Assembly (NCBI GenBank): GCA_013265495.1
Contig: MU058045.1
Location: 195,241-259,240 of the forward strand
Length of the DNA stretch: 64,000 nt
Direction: 5' to 3'
Source: Vicugna vicugna
Lineage: Eukaryota
Made by a program: the position numbers and the translations under genes. Under the pieces are notes generated by a model that saw only the letters and a list, made by a program, of their open reading frames with translations, did no database searches and was not told the origin of the DNA. Shown in pieces: positions 13,680 through 26,028 of the stretch (the stretch's first letter is position 1; each line of letters opens with the position of its first letter).

Positions 13680-14010
13680 ATCGCTTTAATTTTTAGAGCA
13701 GTTTCAGGTTCACTTCAAAACTGAGCGGAAGTATAGAAACTTCCCATATATCTCCTGCCCCGAGACATGCATGCATAGCCTTCCCCATTATCAACACCCC
13801 CAACCTGAGTGGCACATTTTTTATGATCCATGAGCCTACATTGATGCATCATTATTACCCAGAGTTCACAGTTTCCATTAGGGTTCACTATTGGTGGTGT
13901 ACATTCTGTGGGTTTGGATGAATTTACAATGAAATGTATCTACCACTGTGGTATCATACAGAGTAGTTTTACTGCCCTAAAAATCCTCTATGCACCGCCT
14001 TTTCATTGTG
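13680..14010 (-). mobile_element. old L1 (L1M-type) 3' fragment
   Basis: TTTTTAGAGCAGTTTCAGGTTCAC...GTACATTCTGTGGGTTTGGA; subfamily not resolved. Confidence 0.55.
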
Positions 14011-15035
14011 ATCTTCTGTTACCTGTGGATGACAGGAGTTTCCTAGAGCACAGTGGCATCCGTGACTGGCATTGCTTCTCCAACAGGTACAGAAAAAAAG
14101 ACCCTGAGACCCTGCTCCTTTGCACAGAGGCAAGACTCCATGATCTGGTCCAGGTCTCCCTTCCCCCAGGACCTTTCTTTTACAACTTCTGCCCTCCAGC
14201 CCCAACCACTGACATAACTTTCTCTCTTCACTCTGCACATCTTCCTCCACACTTTCGCTCTGTTTGCATTGTCTGGAATGCCTTTTCCCCTTATTTCTAC
14301 CTTTCCACCCAAATTCCATCCATTTTTCAAGGTCCAGTTATTAAAATGCTGCTTTCCTCAGGAACTCCTAGTCCAAACCCTCATTGTTTACTAACTGAAC
14401 CACATGACAGCTTTCCAAAGGCCTTCTTACCTCCAGTCTCTCACTCCTTGAACCCACCTCTCACACCATGGCTGGATTATCCAGATTTAACACTATTTGT
14501 ATACATCAGAATCGCCTTCCCTATCAGTGGTCCCGACCCATGCTATGCTATTAAATGTTTAACCCCCAGCTCTGGATGAGGGGACCCTGATTTGCAATAT
14601 ACGCCAATCTCCCTTGTGTAAAATTGGGGCCAATTTTAAGGTACCAGTAAGACATTATTGAACTTGGATTGAATTAGTAAAAGATGTGCACAATTGGTTC
14701 TTATATGCCTACATAAGCAGCCTCTACCACATCACTGGTTCCCATTCAAAACTTTTTATTGACCTTCCTTAAAACACTCTTTGTATGATTGTTGCAGCTC
14801 TTCTGTAAATCTAAAGTTATTTCAAAATAGGTTTTAAAAGCCTACCAGAAAAGTCTATCAGAACAGATATACAGACTCATTTGGCAAACTTCTCTCTCAG
14901 CAGAGAATGGGTACCCTTTAAACTGTTGCCCTCTGAGAAAGGAATGAGGAAATAATGAGATTAGTTGTCAAGACATCATCCAAAGCCATTGAAAATCTAC
15001 AGAAGGGTAATTGGAAAGTTTTTCAAGAATGTCTG

Positions 15036-15125
15036 AAATAGCTCAGTGGTAGAGTGTGTGCTTAAATCCTGGGTTCAATCCCCAGTACCTCTGGTTAATA
15101 AACAAACAAACAAACAAACAAACCA
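15036..15125 (+). mobile_element. truncated tRNA-derived SINE with (AAAC)n tail
   Basis: ATAGCTCAGTGGTAGAG...GGGTTCAATCCCCAGTACC followed by (AAAC)n. Confidence 0.75.
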
Positions 15126-16319
15126 GAAAAAAATCTGAAATCTAATCTTGGTGAGAGGATGTAACCAGAAGAATATGGGAAAGGAATGTGAATGCCATTA
15201 AGACAAGGTAGAATCTGACTGATTATATTTGAATCAGTTTTAAGGAAAGAAACTTCATTGTGAACCAAAGGGGGATGTAAATCAGAGGGGGAAAAAAAGC
15301 CAGAAAATTTCTCCAGGAATTTTCAGGGGAGTCCTGATCCACGTTTGTTACTATTCCAGGATTCTTTTTGAAGGGGAGACAGATGGGCCTCTTCTACACT
15401 GAAGACAAATGTGCATGCTCTTAGAGCTGTAGGGGACTAGTCGTGAAGTATATACTCACAGCTAATTCCTTTATCTTGATTTCAAGGCAACTTGGCTATA
15501 TTCTGTTTTTCTACTTGTATTTTCTTATAGAAAGAATGGACAGATGGACCAGCCAACATAGATGTTCTGTTGCTCTTCACCATTTCAATTCATTTATAAA
15601 TAAGCTATTATTGCCATTTCTTTGTCAATCTCTTGTGAGTCTAGCTGGCTTGAGTCAGGTGTACCTTCATTCAACATTAAATCTGTGATGTACCAAGTGT
15701 TTGCCAGGCACAATTCTTTTATTTTTTTCCAGGCACAATTCTAAGAGCTGAGGAGACAGTGGTGAACAAAGCAGCCAGATTCCTGTCCCTGTACAGGTTA
15801 TAGTCTAATGGAGAAGACCAGACATTAATAAAGCAATTCCACATGTAAATGGATATTAACAATCTATGATAAATACTATAATGTTTGCTGTGAGAACATA
15901 TAACATGAGAAGCTTAGTTTGGTAGGTCAGGAAAGTTTTCCCTAAAGAAGAGACTTGATTGGAAAATAAAATGTTGGGGCTTACAAAACTGAGGACTCTA
16001 CCCTGAACTGTGGTAACTCCATAGGTCTAATGCTACTGTGGTCTTCCCAGATACTATCTCATCAACGTACAATACTATATAATATCTTACCCTTCTCTTT
16101 CTCTGAGTGTGTATGTCTTAGCCTTCTGTCAAGATTCTTTGGGCCCCTTTTATTTTGAATGGAAGCTCGTGGGGGCTGTCGTCACTCAGCCCCTCTTAAA
16201 ATTATGGAGCTTGTGACTTAGCTCACCCACACAGACACTTCAACAATGTCTCAGAGAAATGAACCAGTTAAGACTGTTACATTGTGCACAGTATGTACTA
16301 TCAAAGGTGACAATACATT

Positions 16320-17400
16320 TTTAAAGTAACAGCTTTATCAAGATATAATTCACATAGCATATAATTTAATTAAAGTGTACAGTTCAGTGTTTTTTTTTTT
16401 AATATCTGAAGAGGACAACCATCACTCCAATAAATTTTAGGACATATTCATCACTCCAAAAACACACCCTCTGTCCCTTGCCCCATACCGGTTAGCAGCC
16501 CTTCTCTATCTCTTCATTTCCCCCTAACCCCTCAGCACTAGGCAATTACTCTCTACTTTGTCTTTATGGACTTGCCTATTCTGGACATTTCATGTAAATG
16601 GAATAATACACTATGTGGTCTTTTGTGACTGACTTTCATTTAGCATATGTTTCAAGGTTCATCCATGTTGTAGCATGTACCCAGTACTTCATTTCTTTTC
16701 ATTGCTGAATAATATTTCACTGTAAAGGACATACTGTATTTCATTCATCCCTTCATCAGTTGATGGATATTTGAGTAGTTTCTATTTTTTGGCTATTATG
16801 AATCATGTTAAAAAACACTTGGGTACAAGAGTTTTTAAAATTGAGGTGGAATTCAATTTTAAAATATAACATAACATAAAACTAACCATTTTAAGATAAA
16901 CAAATCAGCAGTATTAGTGCATTCACGTGGTTGCCCAACCGCTACCTCTATTTCCAGAACATTTTCTCATTCTTAAAACCAAATGACCATTACGCAGTTA
17001 CTCTCCATTCCCCTCACCCCTAGCACCTGGTGACCACCAATCTGCTTTTTGTTTCTATGGATTTACCTATTCCGGATAGCTCATATCAATGAAATAATAG
17101 AATGTGTGACCTTTTTTGTTTGGCTTCTTTCACTTAGCATAACGTCTTCAAAGTTTCTCTATTTATAGCAAGCATGAATACTTCATTCCTTTTTTTGTGA
17201 CTAATATGCTACTATGTGTATATACCACAACTTGTTCATTCATACATCTGTCGATGGATATTTGGGTTGTTTCCTCCTTTTGACTACTATGAATACTGCT
17301 GCTGGATATACTTGCATGCAAGGATTTTTGTACCTGTTTTTAACCTGGGGGGCGGTATATACCTAGGAGTGGAATTGTTGGGTCATATGGGCAATATATC
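16320..17400 (-). mobile_element. two adjacent old L1M 3' fragments
   Basis: AT-rich; two related copies of ...GGA(C/T)TT(G/A)CCTATTC(T/C)GGA...GAATAATA...CTTTCA(C)TTAGCATA... typical of antisense L1M. Confidence 0.65.
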
Positions 17401-18169
17401 TTTGAGAAGAGCAGGTATTGGTCTTTAAAACAATGTACCTAGCAAGGTTTCCCCCTCCCCCAAAGGAAATGGCAGAAATTTCAGAAAATGGAGAAGGAGG
17501 AGTTGGGGTGATAGTAAAATGTGCTACATAGATGTATTAATTCAAGGTGGTGTTTGCCATTCACATCTATCGCATCACAGCGTTCTTAAACAAAAGAATA
17601 ACCAAATTCGGGATTTTGGTTTCCAAGCCCAGTTATTTAGTTGCTTATCCTGTTCCCCAATACTGTTGCCCACCTAGTTTACTGAAGCTAACAAGTTAGC
17701 CATGAAGTACTGAAAACCTAGGAACTGGGGGGAGAAAATTACAAAGTTAAAAGTAACAGTTTTCTTCCCTAGAAGGTCAGGGAAATTCATTCCGAGATAC
17801 ATACTTCATGGTCACCTTCCACGATTTAGAGAACGTCAGTGGAATCTGATGTCACTCTACAGAGAATTTTTTATACAAGTGCTCGTAGACAATTGTTTTG
17901 GAGACCGCAGAGAGAAGCTGGGGAAAACAGAGAAAAATGCCATGTAAATCTCTGTATTTTAGGATTCAGAGGTAGAATGGCCCCCATGGAAGCCACAGGG
18001 ACCTACGGAGACTGAGGGTTTAAACAAGATGGTGGCTGGGACAGGGCCGCTCTACCTTTCCGGGTGAAACTCTATGGCAGAGCCTTTCGCACAGTTTAGA
18101 GAAGTGAAGCTGAGATGGGTGGTAACCCGACCACACTACCGGGCTAGGAAGAGTGGAGCGGAAAGAGCT

Positions 18170-19620
18170 CTCTCGCGCATGTGTGGAACCGGGGGATGGG
18201 CTTTGAGACAAGGGGCCCACCCCACAGTACAAGTTTTCTGAAACGTGTGACTCTTTTAAGTCCAGGAAAGTCGAGGTGGGGCGTTTCCTAAGACGCATGC
18301 GTCCTAGACGAGACAAGCAATACAGCGGCGTGGTCTTTTCAACGCCTGGCGTACAGACGACGTCTGAGGTGGAAGGGGCGGTCAGGATTCCCAACACGCA
18401 TGCGCCTTGAGGCCGAGGCGTTTCCTTCAGAGGGTGTGGCGTGCAGGGCTCCTTATTGCGCAGGCGCAAGGACTGTCCGGTAAGGCTGGTGGTCTAACGC
18501 GGGGAGGGGAGAGGAGGTTGAAGGGCTTAAAAAACCGGGTGCGCCTGCGCGTTGCCTACCGGTGGGAAGAGCTCAGGATATGTGAGGGGCGGGGCCACGT
18601 ATGCGCGTCATTGGATGGGTAGGTGGGAGGGAGGGTGGAGATCGGGGAGGGTCTGTGCGCTTGCGCAGTGCGGGGGTGGAGGGCGGAGGAGATAGATAGC
18701 ACGCTTGCGCGTCTGTCACAGGGCTGCTTGGTTGGTCAGTGGGGAGTCGGCGCCTGCGTACTAAGACCCGTGTGCAGCAGCGGCGGCGGCGGTAGAGGCG
18801 GCGGCGGCGGCGGCGGCGGGCTCGGAGGCAGCGGTTGGGCTCGCGGCGAGCGGACGGGGTCGACTCAGTGCGTTCGCGCGAGGTGAGAGCGGGTAGGGCG
18901 CGCGTGCGCGGAACCTTGGCTTGGGCCTGGGAGTAGAGATGGGACTGCGCGGGGGTCGGGGAGGGGGCAGAGGGAAGCAGCGGCTGCCGCCGCACGGGGT
19001 TCGGTCGGCGAGTGGCGCGAGGTGCGGAAAGAAGCGGGCGCGCACCCCGGTTGGCGCGCGGGGTGACGGTTGGGGCCGGCTGGGTGACGTTGGAGCGACG
19101 CAGGGCGGGGGACGGCGAGCCGCGAGGCCGCCACGCGGGAGAGGCCGCCGGGCGGCCACGCCGGGGCGAGGGCCGGGGGCCAGATCGGCCCGCCGGGGGT
19201 AGGGTGCCTGGGCCGTTGAAAACCGGGCGCCGGGAGACCACGTGAGGTGGGGGAGGGGGCTCTTCGGTGAGAGGGCAAGTGGGGGGGGTTGGCGGCCGGC
19301 GTGGGGGAGGGAGGGCGGCGTGGCTCCGGCCTGGCGCGGCCTTTGAGGAGGGGGCGGCCGCAGCACCGGAAGTGCCCCCGAGGGAAGGCTGCCCTCCGGG
19401 TCGGCGGCCTCATGGCCGAACGTGGACCGGGGCCGCATGGCAGCGCGGGGACCCCTCCCCCCAGGTCCCGGCCACCGGAAGCCCCGGGCGGCCACATGGT
19501 GGGCAGGAGTCGGCAACCCCCAGCGCGGGGAGAGAAGGTCCTCGCGAGCGCCTAAGGGAGCTTGGAATTTTGAGGAGTGAGAGAAGCCCGAGGCCCGGTT
19601 CCTGATCACCCCGGAGAGCT
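18170..19620 (+). promoter_or_regulatory. EIF5A CpG-island promoter with alternative first exons
   Basis: CpG island with multiple NRF1-type GCGCNNGCGC sites. Non-coding exon ends at donor 18882|GTGAGA; an upstream exon ends near 18246|GTGACT. Confidence 0.85.
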
Positions 19621-20779
19621 CGCTGCGGGCATATGTTAGCGCTTCCCCACCTCATGGGCCCCTGGAGCTTTCCCCCCAATCCTCATGTGAAGTGAGGCTT
19701 CCAGCCAGATGTAAGTGGCACTCTTCCGTGATGGGAGGCCAGAGAAATGGGGAAACCGAGGGCAATTGGACGGGAGCCCAACTCTTCTCGATCTTGCCGA
19801 CAGCGCCTTAAAGTCCTGGGCAGATGAGTTACCCGCTGTGATAGGTGCTCTTCACCTTGTCACTGTCTTTCTCGGTGTCTGGATTGGGTGTTCCTGGTTT
19901 TAGAGTCCTTAACTCTACTAGCTTGGTATAATTTATACTACTCACTAGCTACTACCAGCCTTTTGCTTTCATTTTATTGTCATTCACCACTCCCCACTCC
20001 CCCACTTTCTACTGACTGTACAGGCCCGGCCTGAAAATCCGACAGGACCGATGCATCCTGGGAAAAGTGGGAGGGCCCTGGAGGAGAGGCTGGGTTCCTG
20101 GGTTCCCTTTGGGAAACCAGAGGTGTTTGGTAGAGGGATCAATTAGAAAACAACTTTATTTTCTCCCCCTTGGCTGCATCTGCGAATGCATGTTGGAGAG
20201 GCGGGAATCCCCCACAGAGGCCTTGTGGTTTCCTGTACCAATGACTGGCTCGTGTGTGGATAGGGTGGGGGGGTGGCAGAGACGGGTGGGGCTCCCCGTC
20301 CTCCGGTCTCCACCCCCCTTCCCCCCCACATTAGCCCCGCCTTTTTGCTGGCTCATAGCTGCTCACCTAATTATAGCCCTGGTTATGTGTGGGGAAGAAG
20401 GGTTGTTGGTTTCAGTGGCAAGTAACACCTGAGTCCTCCCAATACCAGGAATTAGGCCTTTGCCCATCTCAGAGATTTGGCATCCTAACTTCCTGGAGCT
20501 TTCCTTTCCCAAGTCACCCCTTTAACTTTCATTTCAAATGGGGATCTTGCTTATCCCCCGCCCACCTGCATACATGCACCGGTTCTTCAGTATTTGTGAT
20601 GTCAATCAGTATTTAATGTAGGAACTTTGACACTATTTTACGTGGGTAATGGAATAAAGGTCTGGGGAAGAAATGAAGCAATATTTCCAGAGTAGAGTGG
20701 GGTAAATTGGAGACCCTGTTAACCTCCTTACTGACCCTAGTTCTCTTCTTGACTCTAGTTGGAATCGAAGCCTCTTAAA

Positions 20780-22682
20780 ATGGCAGATGATTTGGACTTC
20801 GAGACAGGAGATGCAGGGGCCTCAGCCACCTTCCCGATGCAGTGCTCAGCATTACGTAAGAATGGCTTTGTGGTGCTCAAAGGCCGGCCATGTAAGATTG
20901 TGGAGATGTCCACCTCGAAGACTGGCAAGCACGGCCACGCCAAGGTTAGAATTTCACTTCCACATCGTACCTTCCCCCACAAGCTGTCATCAGTGCTAGC
21001 TCTCTATGTTCTTTAGCTCTTTGATTACCATCCAGATCCTTGTGTTCAGCACTCAGCCCTGGATAACGTTCGACTACTACACCAGTCTTAGGCCTTCAGC
21101 TTCCTCCTTGGTTACCCTCCTGTGCCCTGTCATTCTTGGTAAACCCCCCCCCTTTATGTAAGTCTTCAGCTCTTCGTGGTCCTTAATGCTCAGGCTACTC
21201 CGTCCTTGATCCTGCCTTTCACTTTTTCTGTGTGTCTCCTTTTGAGTCTTTGTAGGTGCTCTTTGTTTCCCTCACTTTTACCTGGGATATCTGTAGTCCT
21301 ACCATGTTATGCACCCTCCGCTGGAGGGGCTCCAGTGTACCTCGGAGCTTCCAAATCAGCTTACTGCCCCACTGTCTAGTGCCAGCTTTCCTGTTGGATC
21401 TCTGATGCAGTTATCAGACTGCCTCTCCCTGTCCCCTCCTGCTTCCTTACTTAGGTCCTAACATTCTTGCTAGTGCTTTCCTTGTCACTTTAAGGTTTTT
21501 TTTTTCCTCAAAAGTTCAACATCGTTCATCTTTGTTGGATTTCTTGTTTTGTTCCCTAGTTTTTCTATCTTCTGTTGACTTCGCATTCATCTTGGGTTAC
21601 TCCCTAATGTCTAGGTCATTCTCTCTACTTTCTGGTTTCCTTTTTTACTAAATGCATAGTTCTTTCTGGTCTCCCCCAAATCCTTTTTGCTTTTCAGCTC
21701 TCTTCCTTTCTCATTCTTTCCTGTTTCCTCAGCTCTTTTTGATCTTCCTTGTTTTCCAAGTTCCTTGGTTTATGCTGATATCTAAAACCTCTTCCAAAGT
21801 TTTACATAGACTCTCCCTCCTCCCCTAGGATCTTGGCCTCAGTAATGTTTTGATAACTTTAGGTAACTGACTGCTCCAAGCCTGCCCTACAACTTCCCTT
21901 GTGCTGTCAGCCCCAGTGGCAGTGGTGGTCTTTTGGCCTTGGGTTGTTTTTTAAGAGGCTTTAGTGTTTCTTTCTTGAGTTGATTAGTTCAATGCCAACT
22001 CCCCTAATCTTTGCCCTGACAGCTTCCCTCACCAGCTAGGGGCAACTTGAGCCTTTATCTCTTCCATCCTAGAGTCTGGTTGGGTTTCTCTTTGATGTGA
22101 TGCATACATACAGGTCCATCTGGTTGGTATTGACATCTTTACTGGGAAGAAATATGAAGATATCTGCCCGTCAACTCATAATATGGATGTCCCCAACATC
22201 AAAAGGAATGATTTTCAGGTATGTAGATGATCTGGGTGTAGGCGGGCTAGTGGTTTATGGGGGAGAAATACAGAATGAGCAGAAGAGCTTGTGCTGAGAG
22301 AAGGGAAATGGCAGGAGGAGAGGGTATTAGCAGTTTGCCTATCCGACCCTTACTCTCAAGCTACCTGGGCCCACCTTCAGCTTCCATCCTTATCTGCCTG
22401 CAGCTGATTGGCATCCAGGATGGGTATCTATCACTGCTCCAAGACAGTGGGGAGGTGCGAGAGGACCTTCGTCTGCCTGAGGGAGACCTCGGCAAGGAGA
22501 TTGAGCAGAAGTATGACTGTGGAGAAGAGATCCTGGTATGGTGCCCCGCTTTTGTGCCCTGCTTTGTTCTTCGTGCCTCTTTCTCTGAGCTCAGCCTTCT
22601 ATTCCCCTTGCTCCCCCAGATCACGGTGCTGTCTGCCATGACAGAGGAGGCAGCTGTTGCAATCAAGGCCATGGCAAAATAA
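20780..22682 (+). CDS. EIF5A: Eukaryotic translation initiation factor 5A-1, 154 aa
   Basis: Exons 20780-20944, 22114-22218, 22404-22535, 22620-22682. [13 protein letters not shown]...[12 protein letters not shown] (hypusine Lys50 motif)...AIKAMAK*. 3'UTR intron 22694-22864. Confidence 0.98.
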
Positions 22683-23469
22683 GTGGCTCCCAGGTGAGTG
22701 TGACGGCCCTCCCCCAGCTGCCCACTTTGTTGTCTCCATCAAAGAACTGCTTTAGTTTTAATTGTTCCAGGCTTATTTTCTGCCCCCAGCATGGTCCTGT
22801 CCCCTTTGCCCTTCTTCCCGTTGAAGGTTTACCCTGTCTCACCTGGTTTCTCTCTCCTATCTAGGGTGGCTGTGGTGGCAGCAGTGATCCTCCAGCCTGC
22901 AGAGGCCCCCCTCCCCCAGTCTGGCCCAGCTCTGGCAGGGCCCTTGGCTGGACTCCTACACAATTTATTTGACGTTTTATTTTGGTTTCCCCCACCCCCT
23001 CAATCTGTCGGGGAGCCCCTGCCCTTCACCCTGCTCCCTTGGCCAGGAGTGAGTGAACCATGGCCTTGGTGAAGCTGCCCTCCTCTTCTCCCCTCGCACT
23101 ACAGCCCTGGTGGGGGAGAGGAGGTGGGTGCTGCTTGTGGTTTAGTTTTTTTGTTTTTTTTTTTTAATTCCAATCTGGAATCAGAAAGCTGTGGATTCTG
23201 GCAAATGGTCCTTGTGCCCTTCCTCTACTCATCCCTGGTCTGATCCCTTATTCTCTGTAGTCCTTCATCCCAAGCACCACCCCTACAGACTGGGGACCAG
23301 CCCCCTCCCCAGCCTATGTCTCTCCCCAAATCCCTCTAGATGGGGAGGGAAGAGGAGGAGAGGGGAGGGGACCTGCCCCCTCCTCAGGCACCTGGGAGGG
23401 CCCTGTCCCCATGGGCTTCACCCTTTCCTGCGGGCTCTCTCCCCGACACATTTGTTAAGATCAAACCTG

Positions 23470-23475
23470 AATAAA
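23470..23475 (+). terminator. EIF5A polyadenylation signal
   Basis: AATAAA at the end of the 3'UTR exon. Confidence 0.75.
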
Positions 23476-23698
23476 ACTACAAGTTTAATATGAAGCCCCC
23501 AATTCAGCTGCTTCTTTGAACTAAATGGGTATTTGGAAACCAGAAAATAAGATTACAGATTAAACTCTGACAGGGAGTTGATTACTACCAACTCACTGTC
23601 CCACTGTGACTCCCATGGGCCTGCCAGCCACCCCCCCACCCTCCAAGCAGCCCAGTGGGAGGCAACAGACAGCAGCCAGGGGGAAGTGGCAGGTAGGT

Positions 23699-23704
23699 TT
23701 TATT
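23699..23704 (-). terminator. GPS2 polyadenylation signal
   Basis: TTTATT on + (AATAAA on -), ~80 nt after the GPS2 stop. Confidence 0.75.
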
Positions 23705-23781
23705 GGCCTCGGACTGGGGCACACCAGGGATCCTCCCCCATGGCAGGGGCTGGGGGCGAGGTTGAAGATAAAATCTGATGG

Positions 23782-26028
23782 TCACTTGTGGTAGAATCTC
23801 GGGTTCTGGCTGTGCTGGATGAAGGGAAGCCGAGGGCCAGGCTGGCTGGTGGTTGCAAAGCCCGACTGGCAGCCATGATGAAAAGGAGGGCTTTGTCAGT
23901 GTGCATGCCTGCTCTACTCCAGCAGGACTAAACAGCCACCCCCAAGGAGGAAGAGAGAACAGGGGTGGGGGCATCTATTATGCCCAATCCTGTTTTCCCT
24001 GGTAGTGTTGGGATTCTGATGGGCTGGATTACCATCCTTACTTTTCCTGCTGGTTGCATCTGCACAGGGAGCTGAGGCGAGGCAAGGAGTCCAGGAGCTG
24101 GATGCAGAGCTTGGGGATGCATGGGGCGCAGGGAGGACTGCAGAGAACAAAGTCAGCTGAGGCACCCTGGGGCTCCCCTTAGTGCAGGCAGCCCTTCCCC
24201 TGACTTCCCAAGGCTCCATACTCACTGAATCAGAGAAACCAGTCTGCTGGTTAGCATGTTCTATCTGCTTTTGCAAAGACAGGGCACCACCGGGCTGGAG
24301 GAACCCTAGATGGGGAAGAGGGATGTGTGAAACCAGTAGAGAATGGGAAAAGAGAGGACCCGTGGGACTGGGGCGCCTGTGTGGGGTGCATCACCTGTCT
24401 GGGTGGGCTGAAAGTGGCTGTGCACGGCGTAGGGCTGTGGCTGTGGCTGAGACAGGTACTGCACTGCAGGAAATGCCGAAGGTGCTGAGGAGGGCAGGGA
24501 GCACTGCCATCAGAACCTCCTTGTGGCCTGTTGACACTCCCTCTGGGCCTTGAGGGAAAGCCCCCTCTCACTTCCCACCACGTACCTCTGAGCTGCTGAC
24601 TAGGACTGTAGGCAGGCTGTGTGGGTCCGTAGTGAGGTGGGGGCTGAGCAGTCCCATAGGCACCACCAGGGCTGCCCTGGAATTGCCCGTGCTCTGGGGT
24701 TCCTGCAAAAGCAGCTGCCGAGCCCACGTAGTGCCGGGTCTAAGGAGGAAAGGTGAGAACTCACTGCCTGTAAACTCAGTGAACGTGAAAGCAAAAACTC
24801 AGGTTGCCTCCACAGTTCAGTTTGATAGGCTCATGACTTGGGTGCTGCTTTACTGAGGGTGGGAGTAGTAGGAAAAAATGACAGCCTAGACACACAATCC
24901 TACTGCTCTTACCGTAAGCACCTGCGGTCCAAACATCTGTTTGGCTCTGTCAGCCGCCATGAGGGTGCCTGGGCGACTGTGTCCTCCAGGGCTCCCTAGA
25001 GAGGGAGAGGGGGCTTCATGATGCTGAAGTAAGGCTGCAACCACCAGTAAGGCCCATTCAGACAAGTGGATTCTTTAATCCTCACCCTGCATGCTGAGGA
25101 GGTGAGTTCCTGTGTGAACAGTCAGGCCTTGTTGGTACGCCGCTGATGTCAGAGTGGTCAGGTCACTGGAGTGAAAGGAAGGCAGGTCAAAAGCAAAGAC
25201 ATGTCCCCTTGTTCGCCATTAGACACTAATCTTTCGTTATCTGCTCCCATTTCCACTTTGATCCCAATTTTATTTTTAGCTCTCCAATCCCACCTTTGCT
25301 CCTTTCGCCTCCGTTTTTCTTCCTCATGTAAAACTTTCTTAAGCTGCAGGAAAAGCTGGTGCTTTTCTTCCTGTAACGCCAAAAGCTTCTCCTGCAACTT
25401 CAGGATCTGGGAAGGAAGGGGAGAGAAGATGAAAGCAGGAGAACCCAGGGAAGAAAGATCTGGGTGGGAGAGATCAAAGGACTGCTTACTTGTTCCTTGG
25501 TCTCCTCTAGTGACATTCTCTCTTCCATCTCCTTTTTCTTTCTCCTCTCTTGCTCTTCCTTCATCTTCTGTTCCATCATCTTGTCCACCTCTTCTTCCTC
25601 TGGAGGAAGAGGTGGGCAGAATGGGATAGTGAAAGGATGGTTAAAATATTAGAATGTGACTGAAGAACAGCAAACACTGCTTATCCCAATGCTCTTGGTA
25701 CTGGCTCTTTTCCTCTGGAGAGGACAGGGACCGGGAAGTTTATTAGGTGCTCTCCAAGGTCCTTCCCAGCTCAAGGGTTCTGGAGTTTAGATCTGGCCTC
25801 TGGCTCCCACCAAATTGGGGTTGTTCGTCGCTCCTGACTTCGGGCCACCCGCACACTGGTCTGCCTACGGGTAGGGGTCAGCCCTGGGAGAGCGGGGCGC
25901 CTTGGGGCGTCCTCTCTCTGTGGCTCCGACTCACCCTGTCGCTTGCGCTCCCGCTCCATCATGATGTGCCGGTGCAACGCCCTGGCCATGGCGTTGGAGA
26001 GCTTGGGGCGCTCCAGGAGCGCAGGCAT
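23782..26028 (-). CDS. GPS2: G protein pathway suppressor 2 (NCoR/SMRT complex subunit), 327 aa
   Basis: Exons 26028-25935, 25599-25490, 25406-25294, 25165-25086, 24995-24913, 24739-24586, 24484-24395, 24305-24226, 24137-24042, 23865-23782 total 984 nt. MPALLERPKLSNAMARALHRHIMMERERKRQ...QNPRFYHK*. Confidence 0.97.

Noticed and set aside
13908..14579. 223-aa ORF in the YBX2-EIF5A spacer
   Set aside because: It starts at GTG inside an old L1 fragment and runs through repeat-like DNA with no protein motif.
14830..15430. Purine-rich stretch resembling a decayed processed pseudogene
   Set aside because: No sustained frame or recognisable peptide by eye; it would need BLASTX to support.
18573..19679. 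Overlapping long ORFs (up to 282 aa) on both strands
   Set aside because: They lie in the EIF5A CpG island, where stops are rare. The translations are low-complexity P/R/A/G with no recognisable domain.
22683..22864. 3'UTR introns of EIF5A (and YBX2) as NMD triggers
   Set aside because: The junctions are only 11 nt and ~34 nt past the stops, within the ~50-nt limit that escapes NMD.
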